From the NCBI RefSeq assembly GCF_018977255.1, contig NW_024704743.1:98892001-98956000 (forward strand): DNA of 64,000 nt. Reading direction: 5' to 3'. The stretch is from Callorhinchus milii (taxonomy: Eukaryota). Both the position numbers and the translations under genes were made by a program. The first letter of the stretch is position 1, and every line of letters begins with the position of its first letter. This document shows, in pieces, positions 46,479-59,142 of the stretch. The notes beneath the pieces were generated by a model that was not told where the DNA came from, did not search any database, and saw only the letters and a list, made by a program, of their open reading frames with translations.

Positions 46479-49400
46479 AAGACCTAGGTGATGGGAGAAA
46501 TGTGACATGGTTGCCGGGCATGGAAAGAATGAGTTATTCAATCTTGTTACTTCTGGAAAATTTATAAAAACACAAAAATAAAACTATTCTGGAGAAGGCC
46601 AGACAATTAAATATCCACATTCAATCTGAAAGTAACGACAGGACAAGATTGTTGTCAGCCCTCAATGGATGTCTGATGGCAAGAGCTGGATTTATTGACA
46701 GGTAGGTTGATTTATTGACAGGTATTACCCTACCTCTGTAAGATAGATGTGTCATGCATTGCTCTGAGAGTGCGACATACAAAGTAGACATAGCGAGCAG
46801 TTTTATGTATTGGTTTGCATTGTTTGTTGGTTACTGAACTGTTTGCATCGGAGCAGATTCATTGCAGGATTGAACGCACTGTCATGAATTTAGTCCACTA
46901 GATTTTTTTTAAAAAAACAAACACACATTTTAAGAGATCTTTGATTTGAGAAAGCATTTGTTTCAAAGACTTTGACCGAGCAGCTTATTGCTGGATGTGT
47001 GAAGGACATTTACCAAAGTAAAAAGTTAACTGACAATAAGAAAGCTTAATGTTGGCTTCCTACAGAGTTGGACTAAATATGAGTATTGGTCAGGTAACAA
47101 TTCAAATGCAGTATCTTATTCTGTAGGTGTTGCTCACTAAAGAATGGTTCAATAAGAGTAGCAATGCTGAGTTGAATGTTGCAACAGTCATGCTATCAGT
47201 AAAAATAGGATACATTATGAAGAACTGTGGGATTATTGATATCCCATGAGTGGATGAACTTGATAATTAAGGAGCGCAAAATAGTTGCAGTGGATATAAT
47301 ATCACATCAACTTTAATTAAATTAGGTGAATATCAGAAAAAGCAAAGCTCAATTTTGAACTAAAAAAACAGACTTTCAGAATTTTCAACAAGTGACTTTT
47401 TAAAAAAAAACAATCACATGACTCTATTTTAGATTGCACTTAAATATTTGTAAATTGTTCAGATCTTCAGTTAAAACTACAAAAATTGAGCCAGGTACAT
47501 ACATTAATGCAATCATCAGGAATGAACCACCAGGCTGTAAAGCAGGAGATTTGGTGCAGGCTGGCCCAGAGGGTTCAAGCAAATCTTGTTTAATCTTTTT
47601 CTGCTGGGAAATAAAACAGCACAATGACTAGCACCTGTAATTTGAGATATACTAGCACCTGTGCTGAAGTGAATCTAAGCAACTACTGTATTAGAATAAG
47701 TCCTGAGAGATCACTTTCAGTTTCTGATCATCGTGATTGGAACTAAATGTCATCTCTGAAGGCGCTTTAGCATAAGCAAATCTTGCCATCGTTTCTATGC
47801 CATTTATAATAATAATAACCCTTGCATTTGATATATTGCCTCATCACATCTTCGAGACGTGTCAAAGTGCTTCACAGAATATATTGTAAAGTGAATTGAC
47901 TGTATATTTTGTGGGCAAAACGTGGCAGCCAATTATGCACAGCAGTGTCCCACAAACAGTCGTGGATTGAGTGACCAATATTTATATATTTTTTAGGGAA
48001 TATTACCCCAAAAAGCAATCTGCCAATCGATTAACAACCGGGTTCCTACTTACTGCTAGGTTAAACAGAGGCCATTTGATGCCTCTGTTTACCTAGCATC
48101 AAACAGTATGAACTGCTAAAATAAGTATTGAGAAACTATTATGCTTAGGTGTGGAACAGAAGACTAGGTAGGGAATGACTTAAGAAGACACCTCAGTTTA
48201 GCAACTATGGAAATTGTACCACCTCAGTTTAGCAACTATGTAAATTGTACCACACTATGTGTTTAATGAAGGTTTATCACAAGATGTTTGGAGAAGATTG
48301 TGAAGGTTGAAACATCTTTGTGAAATAGAACTTTTTCTCAAAGAAAACATGTTTCTACTGATGGATTAGAGCACTTTTTTGTTAATGTTTTTCCTCTCCC
48401 ACATTGTGACCCCTGCTTGATCCAAGTAACATGGGTAGCAAAGGAAATGTCAATTTTACATATTTGTATATCTCATATGGAGTGAATGACAAATTTTATT
48501 TGGGGAAATATTGGCTATGACACCACAAGAAACTCCTTTCTCTTTCCACTATCCCGCGTGAAGGGTGCTATATAAATGCAAGTTGGTGTTGTTTTCATGG
48601 GATCTTTAATATCCACCTTGAACAATCAGAGTGTGTCTTGGTTTAACATCTCATCCGAAGGTCAGCATCTCCAGCTCTGCCCTGGAGTGTCATCTTAGAC
48701 TATATGATTCCAAGTCCCACTATGGGTCTTGAACCCACAACCTTCTAACTAAGAGTCAAGAGTGACTCCAACTGAACCAGGTTGATATAAAATTAATAAT
48801 TTGATGTAGCTGCATTAACTTTAGGAGAACATCTCAAAAAGACTGGGAGCGGCTTTACCAATTGTATCCAAAATAGAAAGTTAAAGTTTGTATAGCACCT
48901 TATTACGTCTTCATGACATCTCAAAGCGATTCACAGAATATACAGTAAAGTGAATTGACTCTATATTTTATTTAGTGTGAAGTGTAGTGACTGTGTACTT
49001 TGTAGGTGAATACTGCAGTTAATTTGTGTACAACAATGTGCCACATACAGCCATGAAGTGAAATTCAACCACTGAAAGCAGGACAAGTGAGCCCAGATCC
49101 TGCCCTTCCCTGATATGCAGTTTCCAGCAAGGGGCATCCACTAGGAATCAGCTGATTTTCTCTAGCAACCACCGCCCCCCCCCCCCCCCCCCGATTCCTG
49201 AGTGCAAGAACACTGAAGCAAATTGTAGCTTTAATGGAGTTAACCGAGCTGAGATCAGCCAACTCTGCACAGTCCAGGTTTGAACCTGGGACCTTTGGAA
49301 TTTGGATGGATCGATTCCAGACTGGGGAGCGGCTTTACCAATTGTATCCAAAATAGAAAGTTAAAGTTAACTATCCAGCTTTTATTTAGCCTGCGTGTGT

Positions 49401-49899
49401 TTATTTGTTGACATGTTTTTCCTCTCCCACATTGCGACTCCTACTTGAGTTATCAATCCCAGTCAATGAACAGAATCTGTCAGTTGTGGAGGGCCAATAA
49501 TATACCATTAGTGATGAACTCTTTTAACCCCAGTTGAAAACATGGGTTAATGCAGTCCTCAGGAGTCTTTGGCAATGGCAGTGAACTGGACATGCAGGAT
49601 AGATTCTATTGTGAACCGCTGCCAGCCTGATAAATAGTTGACCTAAAGAGCATGTGGCATAAAATATATCAACAGTTTTCTCTAAGAGTCATGTTGACCC
49701 TTGGAGAGTGTGAAGTTCCAGCATTTGGCCGTAATAGTGCGTTCATAAAGTTTGTGTGCTAAGTGGGGGGAGAAATTAAATCTAAACAGTTTTGTTTATA
49801 ACAACAACAAGATTACGCTTGTATAGCGCCTTTCACGTCTATATAAATATATATATATATAAGCCGAAGAATTGAATTTCTTCTGTCCATATTTGTGAA

Positions 49900-50060
49900 T
49901 ACAGACCCAAGTTTATGCAACCTGTTTGCATAATTTAACCCTTTAAGCCTGGTATCTCCCTGGTGAATCTGTGCTGCACCCCTCCAGAGCCAAAACAACC
50001 TTCCTGAGGTGAGGTGTCCAAAAAACTGAACGCAGTACTCCAGATGGGGTCTGACCAAGA
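49900..50060 (-). mobile_element. CR1 ORF2 fragment
   Basis: LVRPHLEYCVQF motif typical of CR1 ORF2 downstream of the RT core. Confidence 0.8.
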
Positions 50061-53000
50061 TGACCGAAGGCCCGATCGAAGAGGAAAATCTTAACCAAGT
50101 TTTGCGTAGACTTGATCTGTGGGTGGGTTTTCCACCCAGTTACTTTTAGATTGTTATTGCGGTAGATAGTTCACCTAGGTCTAGATTTATTCTGTTAACA
50201 TAGCATTCTAGAGCATTCAGCATTTGGCAAATTCCTTAATTAAGCCTTTGTTTTGAAGCTGGTTTTCTGTTAGTTCTAATTATAATAAAGCAACATCAAA
50301 GTTAAGACAGAATTCAGCCATTTGCCAATTTCTGGATGTACTAAAATGGTATGTTAATAGAGTACTTTCAAACCCAGGTGGCATTTTACCCCAAGTATTC
50401 CTTAACAGGAGTCTAAATGCTCTGTGTTGCTCTGAAACCACCTCGTAGGAGGTTTGGGACCAGTTAGCTGTAACGTGGGCCATTCCCTGCTTTCTCCCCC
50501 ACAGTGGAGGAACTGCCTGCTCAGTGTTTGCCAATCAAACTGAGATTACAGGGCTACAGTTGGGAGGAAACCAGCAGGTGTCCTTTCTTCTCTCCCTTTT
50601 CTCTCCTCCTCTTCTCAAAGCACTGATTCAAAGCACTGGTTTAAGGCCACGGGCAATGAGTGCCTTACAGTACTACAGTACACCCTGTTGTTGCTTTCAT
50701 GTGTGAGCCTAGACAGTGAGTGTCAACAGGTTATTTATGTACAAATGTCATTTTGTTGTTGTTATTTGAACATGAAAGCATCACAGCTGAGGCCATTTGT
50801 ATTTTCATCCATGCATACATGCTCGTCAACAACACCAACAACTTGCATTTGTATAGCGCCCTTCACGCAGGGCAGCGTCCCGGAGCATTATCCAACCCTC
50901 AGAGGATATTCAAGATCTTGGTTCTTACCTTTAAAACCCTCCAAAGTCTTGTTAGACCTCTGTGGCCTATTAAAACTTCACCAATCCATCTGCTCCCTCC
51001 GCGCTGCAGGCCTGCTTCATTATTGGCAGTCAGCCTTTCTGCCCTCACCCTCAGGAACTCCATCCCAGGGCCCATTTGCCTTGCCCCCTTCCTTGCTTCC
51101 TTCAAGCCTGCCTCAAGATCTTCCTCTCAACCATGCCTTCAGTCATCTTCACTCTGCCACCCTTCTTGCTCTCCACCCCTCTCTGAGCCCAATCCGCAGC
51201 TCGGGTGTAAACCCTTCGTTATCCAGCACTTTGGGAGATCCTCCTAACGCGAAAGTTGCTATATAAATACTGTGTTGTTTAGTATTTTGTGTGCATTTCA
51301 GGAGACAGAATGCTGACAGAATATACTTGTTTGGCAGGACTAATCTTTCCATTCTTTGCACATCAGTGGATCTGCCTCATCTGATTTCCAATAAACTACC
51401 AATTTTTCTTTGAAGTATCTGACTGATTTCTCTGTTCAACTAAATATGTTACATCTTATTCTGTGTATTGTCAATTCTCACTCATGGAATGATGAGTGGG
51501 GATTGGAAGATCCACGGAATAGGATGTAACAATTTTATTTAAACAGGCATTTTTATGAATAATTATTGTTGAGCAGTCGTTGATGATCACGGTTAAAGAC
51601 TCGACTGGTATACGCAGTAATCCTTTTTAATATAGTGCTCCACGGCTGTAATTTGGTTGCTTGGTTACCTCCTGAAGTAACCCAACAGAAACCTTTGGAG
51701 TTAAGAGGATATCTCTATTCCACAATGGTAACATGATATAGCTGCAGGCAGAGCATAGCTGTGAACATAGTTAACTCGATAAAGGATCTTTAACGCTTGA
51801 AGGTACTTCACTTTGAGTGTTGTTGACAGTTAAATGTGCAAGAAAATACCTGATGCTCTTGACACTCAGTTTTCAGGAATGTTAAAGTGAGGCGTTGCTT
51901 CATAAACCTTGTTGGTGCCTACTTAGTGCTGTGGTGCAATTTATGTCAATGGAAATCATCACAATGGTAACCTATAGTAACTAGTGTGGTTTCATTGGCG
52001 TTTATGGTGTAATGAGTTAGTGCATCCCATTGATTGACGGCACTCTGTCAAGTACAGTATTGTACTTTATAATGCCAGGAAGGGGCTGCTGCATCAAAGG
52101 CTGACAAATCGAATAATGCACATGGATGTTGAAAACACTGTGAAATGTATCAACAATGGGTTGGCCGCTGAATTCTGCGGATGACACCAGTACTGCAAGA
52201 GCGACAGATGTGCATTATCAACGAAATAGCCTGCTGTATTTTGGAGGGAGATCAGTTCAGTCATTAACTAGCAGGCAACAATCTCTACTGTAACTATTGC
52301 ATGGTATGTCTAGCTTCGAAATTCCATTTTATTCTTTGGGATTAAAAGTGAACCTTGCTGAGCAGATCATATTAGATTTCTACTGGAAGGTTTGGAAAAA
52401 CAGTATTTTGTTCCCAATTATACCATGGGTTTCTGTCTGTCTGTCACTTTCCAATGCAAAGGATGATTACATTTGCAGAGCTTGCTTTATTGTCTCAATG
52501 GGAGCAGTAAATTGTATACTTGTTTTAAACATGTTAATGAGTTCTAGTCAGCAAATAGCGAAGTTATTACAGCACTTAATGGCACTTCAACAGTGTGTTC
52601 TGTAAAATGTGTATCTTGTTCTCTTATTAGAGAATAATGTTGAAACTTTAGGAACTCTATAAATTTAATTTTGTTGTTGTTGAAGTAATTAAGTTTGCAT
52701 TTTCCATAATGTTTTTATTTTATAAGACTGAACTATTATATATTTATAGTTTCATATTACTAAATATCTTATTTATGCCCTGGGAGGATGCATCCACAAA
52801 TGGAAATAGCCTATCAGTGTCCACCTTATTAAATACAGTAATTTCACAATCTTGAACATGTCCTCTTCTCAATCGTGTCAACTCTAGAGAGAGAAGCTAT
52901 TCAATCTTTCTTGATAGCTGTATCTAGTCATCCCTGGTAATATTTTATTTTTCCTTTCAATGTGAATTATTTTTTATTTTCCTGTTAAATTTTATCTGCC

Positions 53001-54022
53001 ATCAACTTCTCCCTTTTTAAGGATTCTTGAGTGCAGTCCCCCTATCCCTGCTTTAGCAATTATTTTATTACTAACTAATGTGTCTATAGACCACCTTGCT
53101 ATTTATTTATATGTTTTATGTGCCTTACATCTGGTTGGGGTGCCATTAAGCTGGTCATTGGAAGGCATGTGTGAGTGAATAATTTTATTTCTTTACTATT
53201 CCTCTCTTGTGTTTGGGAGCTCAGCAGATTGGTACCACTGTTGTGATTGAGATGTAGTATGTTGGTGCTGTAGTAATCTGACTCTGTACTGCACTAAGTT
53301 TTGTGATGTCCTGAAATGACTGTGAAACATTCTTCACATATTCCTTACTCCAATGCTTCTCTTCAATTAGATATTTGTGCAGCGAGAAACTTGTCTTATT
53401 CAGTGTATCAATTTAACTGGGTCTTCTTTGTTTGGATATTACACAGTGAGATTGACAAAGGTCTGGAATGGTTAACTTCCCTGTCTAGCTTCTTGACCAG
53501 AGAAGAAGCTTCGTTGGTGGAGGGGGGGGGGGGGGGGGTGGGGAGGAGACATACACACACTGTAAGCGCACAATGTAAATGCTTGTTACTGACTTGGACG
53601 TCATTCCATTCTCAATGTGCACAAATAAATCAAACTAGGAAAGACTGGAGCTGGAGGATTCAAGCACTGCACACAATGATTATGTTAACCACTATTTAGC
53701 GAATAACATAGAGGTTGCTCTTTGTTTCTAAGGTGAGACATTTTACTTAGCAAACTGCTGCGATGACCTGACCTGCTAACTTTTTTTCTTTCTGTTGCAC
53801 ATCAAAGCAAAGGTGGGTAATTCCTTATGGCCTTTACTGTTTTGTGTGTTTGTGATTCTCAATGTTCTGTTGCTTTTCAGTATTTTTTTACATTTTGGAT
53901 CAATTCAGCTTGTGCCTTCCATGCATAGGCTTTTCAGTGTACTTTGCTAATCTTTGGGGCTGGTTCTCTATTTAAATGGTGCTGGAAGCTGAGCAGGGAA
54001 CACAGGGAGGAAAGAGATGAAC

Positions 54023-54347
54023 ATAATAATAATAATAATAATAATCCTTGCATTTGATATAGCACTTTTCACATTTTCTAGACGTCTCAAAGCGCTTCAC
54101 AGAATATGCTGTAAAGTGAATTGACTGTATATTTGTGGGCGAAACATGGCAGGCAATTGCGCACAGCAATGTCCCACAAACACTCGTGGATTGAAAATGA
54201 CCAATTTATCATTGTTTTGTTTTGGAGAGATTATTATTAGGCGTGTGGAGTAAGGAAACTTGCCCAAGGTTTCGCCCTGCCTGGAATTGAACCCAGGTGT
54301 CTCGCTTGCAAGGCTAGTGCTCTAACCACTGAGCTACAGGACTCCAC
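54023..54347 (-). mobile_element. Full-length young tRNA-SINE
   Basis: Same family; aacataa occurs near both ends. Confidence 0.92.
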
Positions 54348-57300
54348 TCCAACATAAGCACAACTGAAGAGAGTGTTTTTTAGACAGGTGGTGATAGGTT
54401 ATGGAGGGAGTTTGAGGGTGTGGGCATAGTGGCTGAAGGCTTACCCGCTGATGGTGAGGCAGAGGGAACAAGGGATATGCAGCACACTCAAATTTCCTGA
54501 GAAGATTTCCCAAGCAGGATAGTGAGGATGGAGAAGAGTGCAGAGGTAAAGATGTGCGAGGGCAGGAAAAGTGAGGACCTTGAATATAATAATAATAATC
54601 CTTGCATTTGATATAGCGCTTTTATTGTCTTCTAGACGTCTCAAAGCGCTTCGCAGAATAGACTGTAAAGTGAATTGACTGTATATTTGTGGGCGAAATG
54701 AAATTGATCAACAGGGAGCCAGTGAGGACTGGTGAGGAAGGGGATGATGGGTATGTGAAGCTTTGTGCAGGTAAGCACTGTGTTTTGGATGAGCTGAAGC
54801 TTGAGAATGGTAGGGCTGGGGATGTCAAAGAGGATGGCATTTGAAGTTCAGTTGCTTTCGGCATGAGATGGATAAGGAGGTAAGGTTGTGCACTGGGCAG
54901 GAGCAATGTGTGAATGGGGAAGAGAGAAATTTTAATTGATTTCCATTTTATTTCTCCAAATATTCCTTGTTGACTGAGGTTAAAACGAGCTAGATTCCAC
55001 TTTGTTTGGGCAATGAGTTTTGACTTTCAAAAAGAAAGTTGCAAACTGAGCCAAGTGAATCACTGTACTGCAATTCACATGGCGTTCCTCTATGGTCTGG
55101 TGAATCTTGTGTTACAAATGTCTGGAAAGTTTGTGACAGTGTGGGTTCATTTTGTTGTATTCCAGGAATATTTGCACAAGATCCACAAGTAGTATAATTC
55201 TTTTTTTAAACAAAACCTAAATATGGGAGGATGGGGTCAGAGAGGGAGGAGAGAAACTTAATTTTAAATAATAGTGCTATAGAGAGGCATTCAGTCCACA
55301 TTGACTTGTTACCTGTGTTTACTTCCCTTCCCTCCTTACTTTGGACTCTGCCTCAAATGATTGCTGCATGCTGGGAGGGTGAGAGAAGGAGGTGAAGCTG
55401 TTCAGTGGAGGTTTTTGTCTCAAAGCTCATTCATTTTTCCTGTTCACTGAACATTCTACATGGTACAGGTTGGTTGATGTGTGGTGTGATACATGCCACC
55501 ATTGTTTTCCATGTATTGTTGGAGATCCTGTATCTCCTTCCATGCATAGGCTTTTCAGTGTACCTTGATCACACAGAACAGTGAAGTGTCCTTCATTCAT
55601 TTTGATGAATGCTTCCGGGGGCGGTGATCAACAACAGCTATGCTTTGTCTGAATATGGGCTTCGCACGGTTGTTTTTCAGTATTTTTTTTCATTTCAAGT
55701 CTTGGCTCAGTGCAGATTGAAATTATGCCAATTGCCGTACCTTGCTATTCTTTGGGGTTGGTCACCTGTTTAAAGCATATTTTCTTTCTTCTCCTGCGTC
55801 CACCCTGCAAATCGGCCTGCCATTTTGTCTGCTTTGATGATGATGATGCTTTCCGTTTTGGTTTACTGCATTCATTACATTTAGTCTCTCTGTGTACTGT
55901 CTATTTCTCTGGTTGAAAGACCAGTGGGCGATCTGCTCCCAGAGTATCTGCCAACTTCTCTCTGAAACCAGGAGGTGCAAGAGGGCAGCTCGGGATAAGA
56001 GATGATGAGGGGATGAATTAGTGTGGAAAAACATGACTCCAGATTGTTTCCTCTCTCTGACAGAACAATTGAGATCTATCTGCATGGGGTGAACTGTTGT
56101 ACTTGTGCCTGTCATGGTAAATTGGAGCAAAGTACTAACCCCTCCATTTTCGTTTATTATTCTTTTGTTCTTGTAATATTCGTAAATTTCATTGTTTAAT
56201 TTTTTTTCCTTACTCTCTCCTGTTCTGAAGGTACTGGGTGTGGGTTAGGTCCAAGGCCACAAAGTATTCACTTTACAGTATATTCTTTGAAATGCTTTGA
56301 GGCGTCACAACATAATAAGGCGCTATATCAAATGCAAGAATTATTACATTATAAGGCAACCTTCGGTATCGTCTCAAGTCACCATTCTTCATGTGTTCAA
56401 CCACTCACAGCTGAGTTCAGTCCGATGATTCTTACCTATTGTCTATTCAATTCCTTTAACACCTTTATTTGGAATTGAGTAACCCTAAGGTGTTCTTTTA
56501 ACAACTACGAACACCAAATTAAGGAAACAATGTGAAACCACTTTTCTACCATAATTCTAGTGTAAGCATCATAGGGTAACAAGAGGTTTGGATGAAAAAG
56601 GCCTTGATCTCATCCTTCCAGGATACCCACTTTACCACCTTCCCATTATAGTTTCAGGTTAGTTCTGCTTGGGGGATTATTGGCAGAGAAAAATTTCCTA
56701 CAACTTTCTTTTACGTGTATTCACTTCCAAATAATGGTGGTAAACGCATTGCAACACTGAAACACAGGAGAGATTTGGATGAAGTTGGGATTTGAACTCT
56801 TAACTATGATTCTTTGGTTGTCTCGGTTATCTGACACTGCAATGCCTTCTCTGAGATGCATTGTGCTTTGTGACATTTGGTCTGGATTGTTACTTGAAGT
56901 ATTTATGAAAGTGTTACAGGAGAGTGGTTATTTTCAGAATTTAGGGGGTTGGAATCAGTACTGGTCGGTGGAGGGGAGTCAGTGAATCTGTTTGGGTAGC
57001 ACATCAAGAAACCTTGCCCCCAGTGGCTGGGGTGCTTCTCCGAGTCCTGCTGATTAACCAGGCCTGCTGGACTATCTTTAGTATGCCCTGGAGTACTGTA
57101 GACCTGCTTAGCTCAGGAACCGGACTATTGAGACTACCACAGAGGATTCACTCGATTCTGACATTCTGTTGCCAAGCTGTCTGTTTGAAGCAAGTTCAGC
57201 TCCAAGGAAATCCCACTTACCTCCCACCGCGAGAAGAATTATAAATGTTGTATTTTTTATTGCAATTTTGACATTGGAAAGAAGGGGTGCAGCATATAGG

Positions 57301-57534
57301 GAGGAAATTGTGGTGCATGATATATCATTTATCATTGTTGATTAAATATGGTCATTGAAACCATTTGATAACACAACTAGCTGACATCATTATTGGCCCT
57401 GAAGCTGATATCTCATAAACATGCATTCCAATGCCATCAATCGGATCAGTGCTCTTCACAGTCCGCAGATTGTGGCTATGGAATGTCAGTTTGTGAGATA
57501 TCAGTGATAATTAATATCTCATAACAATATCCTA

Positions 57535-57840
57535 AAACAAGGAGACATATTCTTAAAATTAGAATCAGGCCATTTAAGAGTGAAATCGGGAAGCATTTTT
57601 TCACTCAAAGAGTCGTAGAAATCTGGAATTCTCTCCTCCAAAAGGCTGTGGATGCTGGATCCGTCCACACTTTCAAGAGTGAGGTTGTTAGATTTTTGGT
57701 AGGTCAGGATATTAAGGGGTATGGGGAGAAAGCGGGAAATTGGAATTGAAAGTATTAGTTGAGGTTCAGCCATGATCTAATTAAATGGCGGAAAAGGCTT
57801 GAAGGGCTGAATAGCCTATTCCTGTTCCTATGTTTCTATT
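57535..57840 (+). mobile_element. CR1-clade LINE 3' end
   Basis: aagcatttttcactcaaagagtcgtagaaatctggaattctctcc (FFTQRVVEIWNSL-like), then the CR1 3' UTR ending cctgttcctatgtttctat. Confidence 0.85.
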
Positions 57841-58837
57841 AAAACATCACTTGCTGCAAATTTGACCCCATAATAATAATAATCTTTGCATTTGACATAG
57901 TCGAGAACACTTTGTCAAAGCATTTCGCAAAGTTTCTGTGACATGTAGTGACAGCGTATTTCCAGCCAAACACTTATCCAATTTATGCTCAGCAGTATCA
58001 TGAATTCTTGTTGAACAATTTTGCCTGGGGGATTGTTGACCAAATGAAACTGCCTTCTCTTTTTGAAACGTGCCATGGGATTTTTAGCATCAACCTGAAC
58101 AGGCAGACGGGACCTTGGTTTAACTTCTCATCCATCACCACCTCTGACAATTGAGTCTACTTCCAGAATGGAGTTTTCTCTGGTCAAAGTATACAGTCTA
58201 TTCACTTTACAGTTTATTCTGTCAAGCGCTTTGAGATGTCTCAAAGATGTGATAACGTACTATATCAAATGGAACGATTATTATTTTTTATTATAATTGA
58301 AAGGAATTCCAGTTGGATACCTTGCTAAACAGGTCCTGTTAAGAGATGCTAAAAATTAGACTCCAGTATAAAGGGTCAAGAGAGTGAGATAGAATAGTGC
58401 TCCCTCTAGTATCTTGCCTACATCAGGGAAGCACTTGTTCTTTATTTGATGTCACTGTGACCACATGGCTGAGATTCGCTTTAGTGTGTGTGACAGGCGA
58501 TGTAAGAACATTGTGCCATTGATCAGGTCATCGTGCACTCCTGTGTTTTATAGACCTGAAGAAATGTCTACTCCAAAATGGCCCTTTAATTACCAAAGTT
58601 ATGCAGTGGGTTCAGTTACCAATTATACCATACATTATTGAGGAAATGTCCACCATTTGTAATGCTCATTTTATGATGGTAAAGGATTTGTAACCATTGC
58701 AATGGATTTTTTTTATTTCATCTGAAAAAAATCCAGTGGTCGTCTTGCTTGCCACTGAATGCTGTTATAAATACTTGGCTGCCCCATAAATTGGCACTTT
58801 ATAATGCTGCTATATGCAATCTGGGGAAACAGTTGGG

Positions 58838-59142
58838 TTGCAGTCGTGTAGCTCAGTGGTTAGACCACTCCCTTGCAAGCGAGACACCTGGGTTCAATTC
58901 CAGGCAGGGCGAAACCTTGGGCAAGTTTCCTTACTCCACACGCCTAATAATAATCTCTCCAAAACAATAATGAATTAGTCATTTTCAATCCATGACTGTT
59001 TGTGGGACACTGCTGTGCGCAATTGGCTGCCGTGTTTCGCCCAAAGATATACGGTCAATTTACTTTACAGCATATTCTGTGAAGCGCTTTGAGACATCTA
59101 GAAGATGTGAAAAGCGCTATATCAAATGCAAAGGATTATTAT
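58838..59142 (+). mobile_element. Full-length young tRNA-SINE followed by an L2 3' tail (to about 59209)
   Basis: gtagctcagtggttagaccactcccttgcaagcgagacacctgggttcaattccagg head through to the ggattattatt tail. Confidence 0.9.

Noticed and set aside
58843..58915. tRNA-Ala-like sequences as real tRNA genes
   Set aside because: Each continues directly into the SINE core and tail, with no Pol III terminator after the cloverleaf and an irregular T arm; they are SINE heads.
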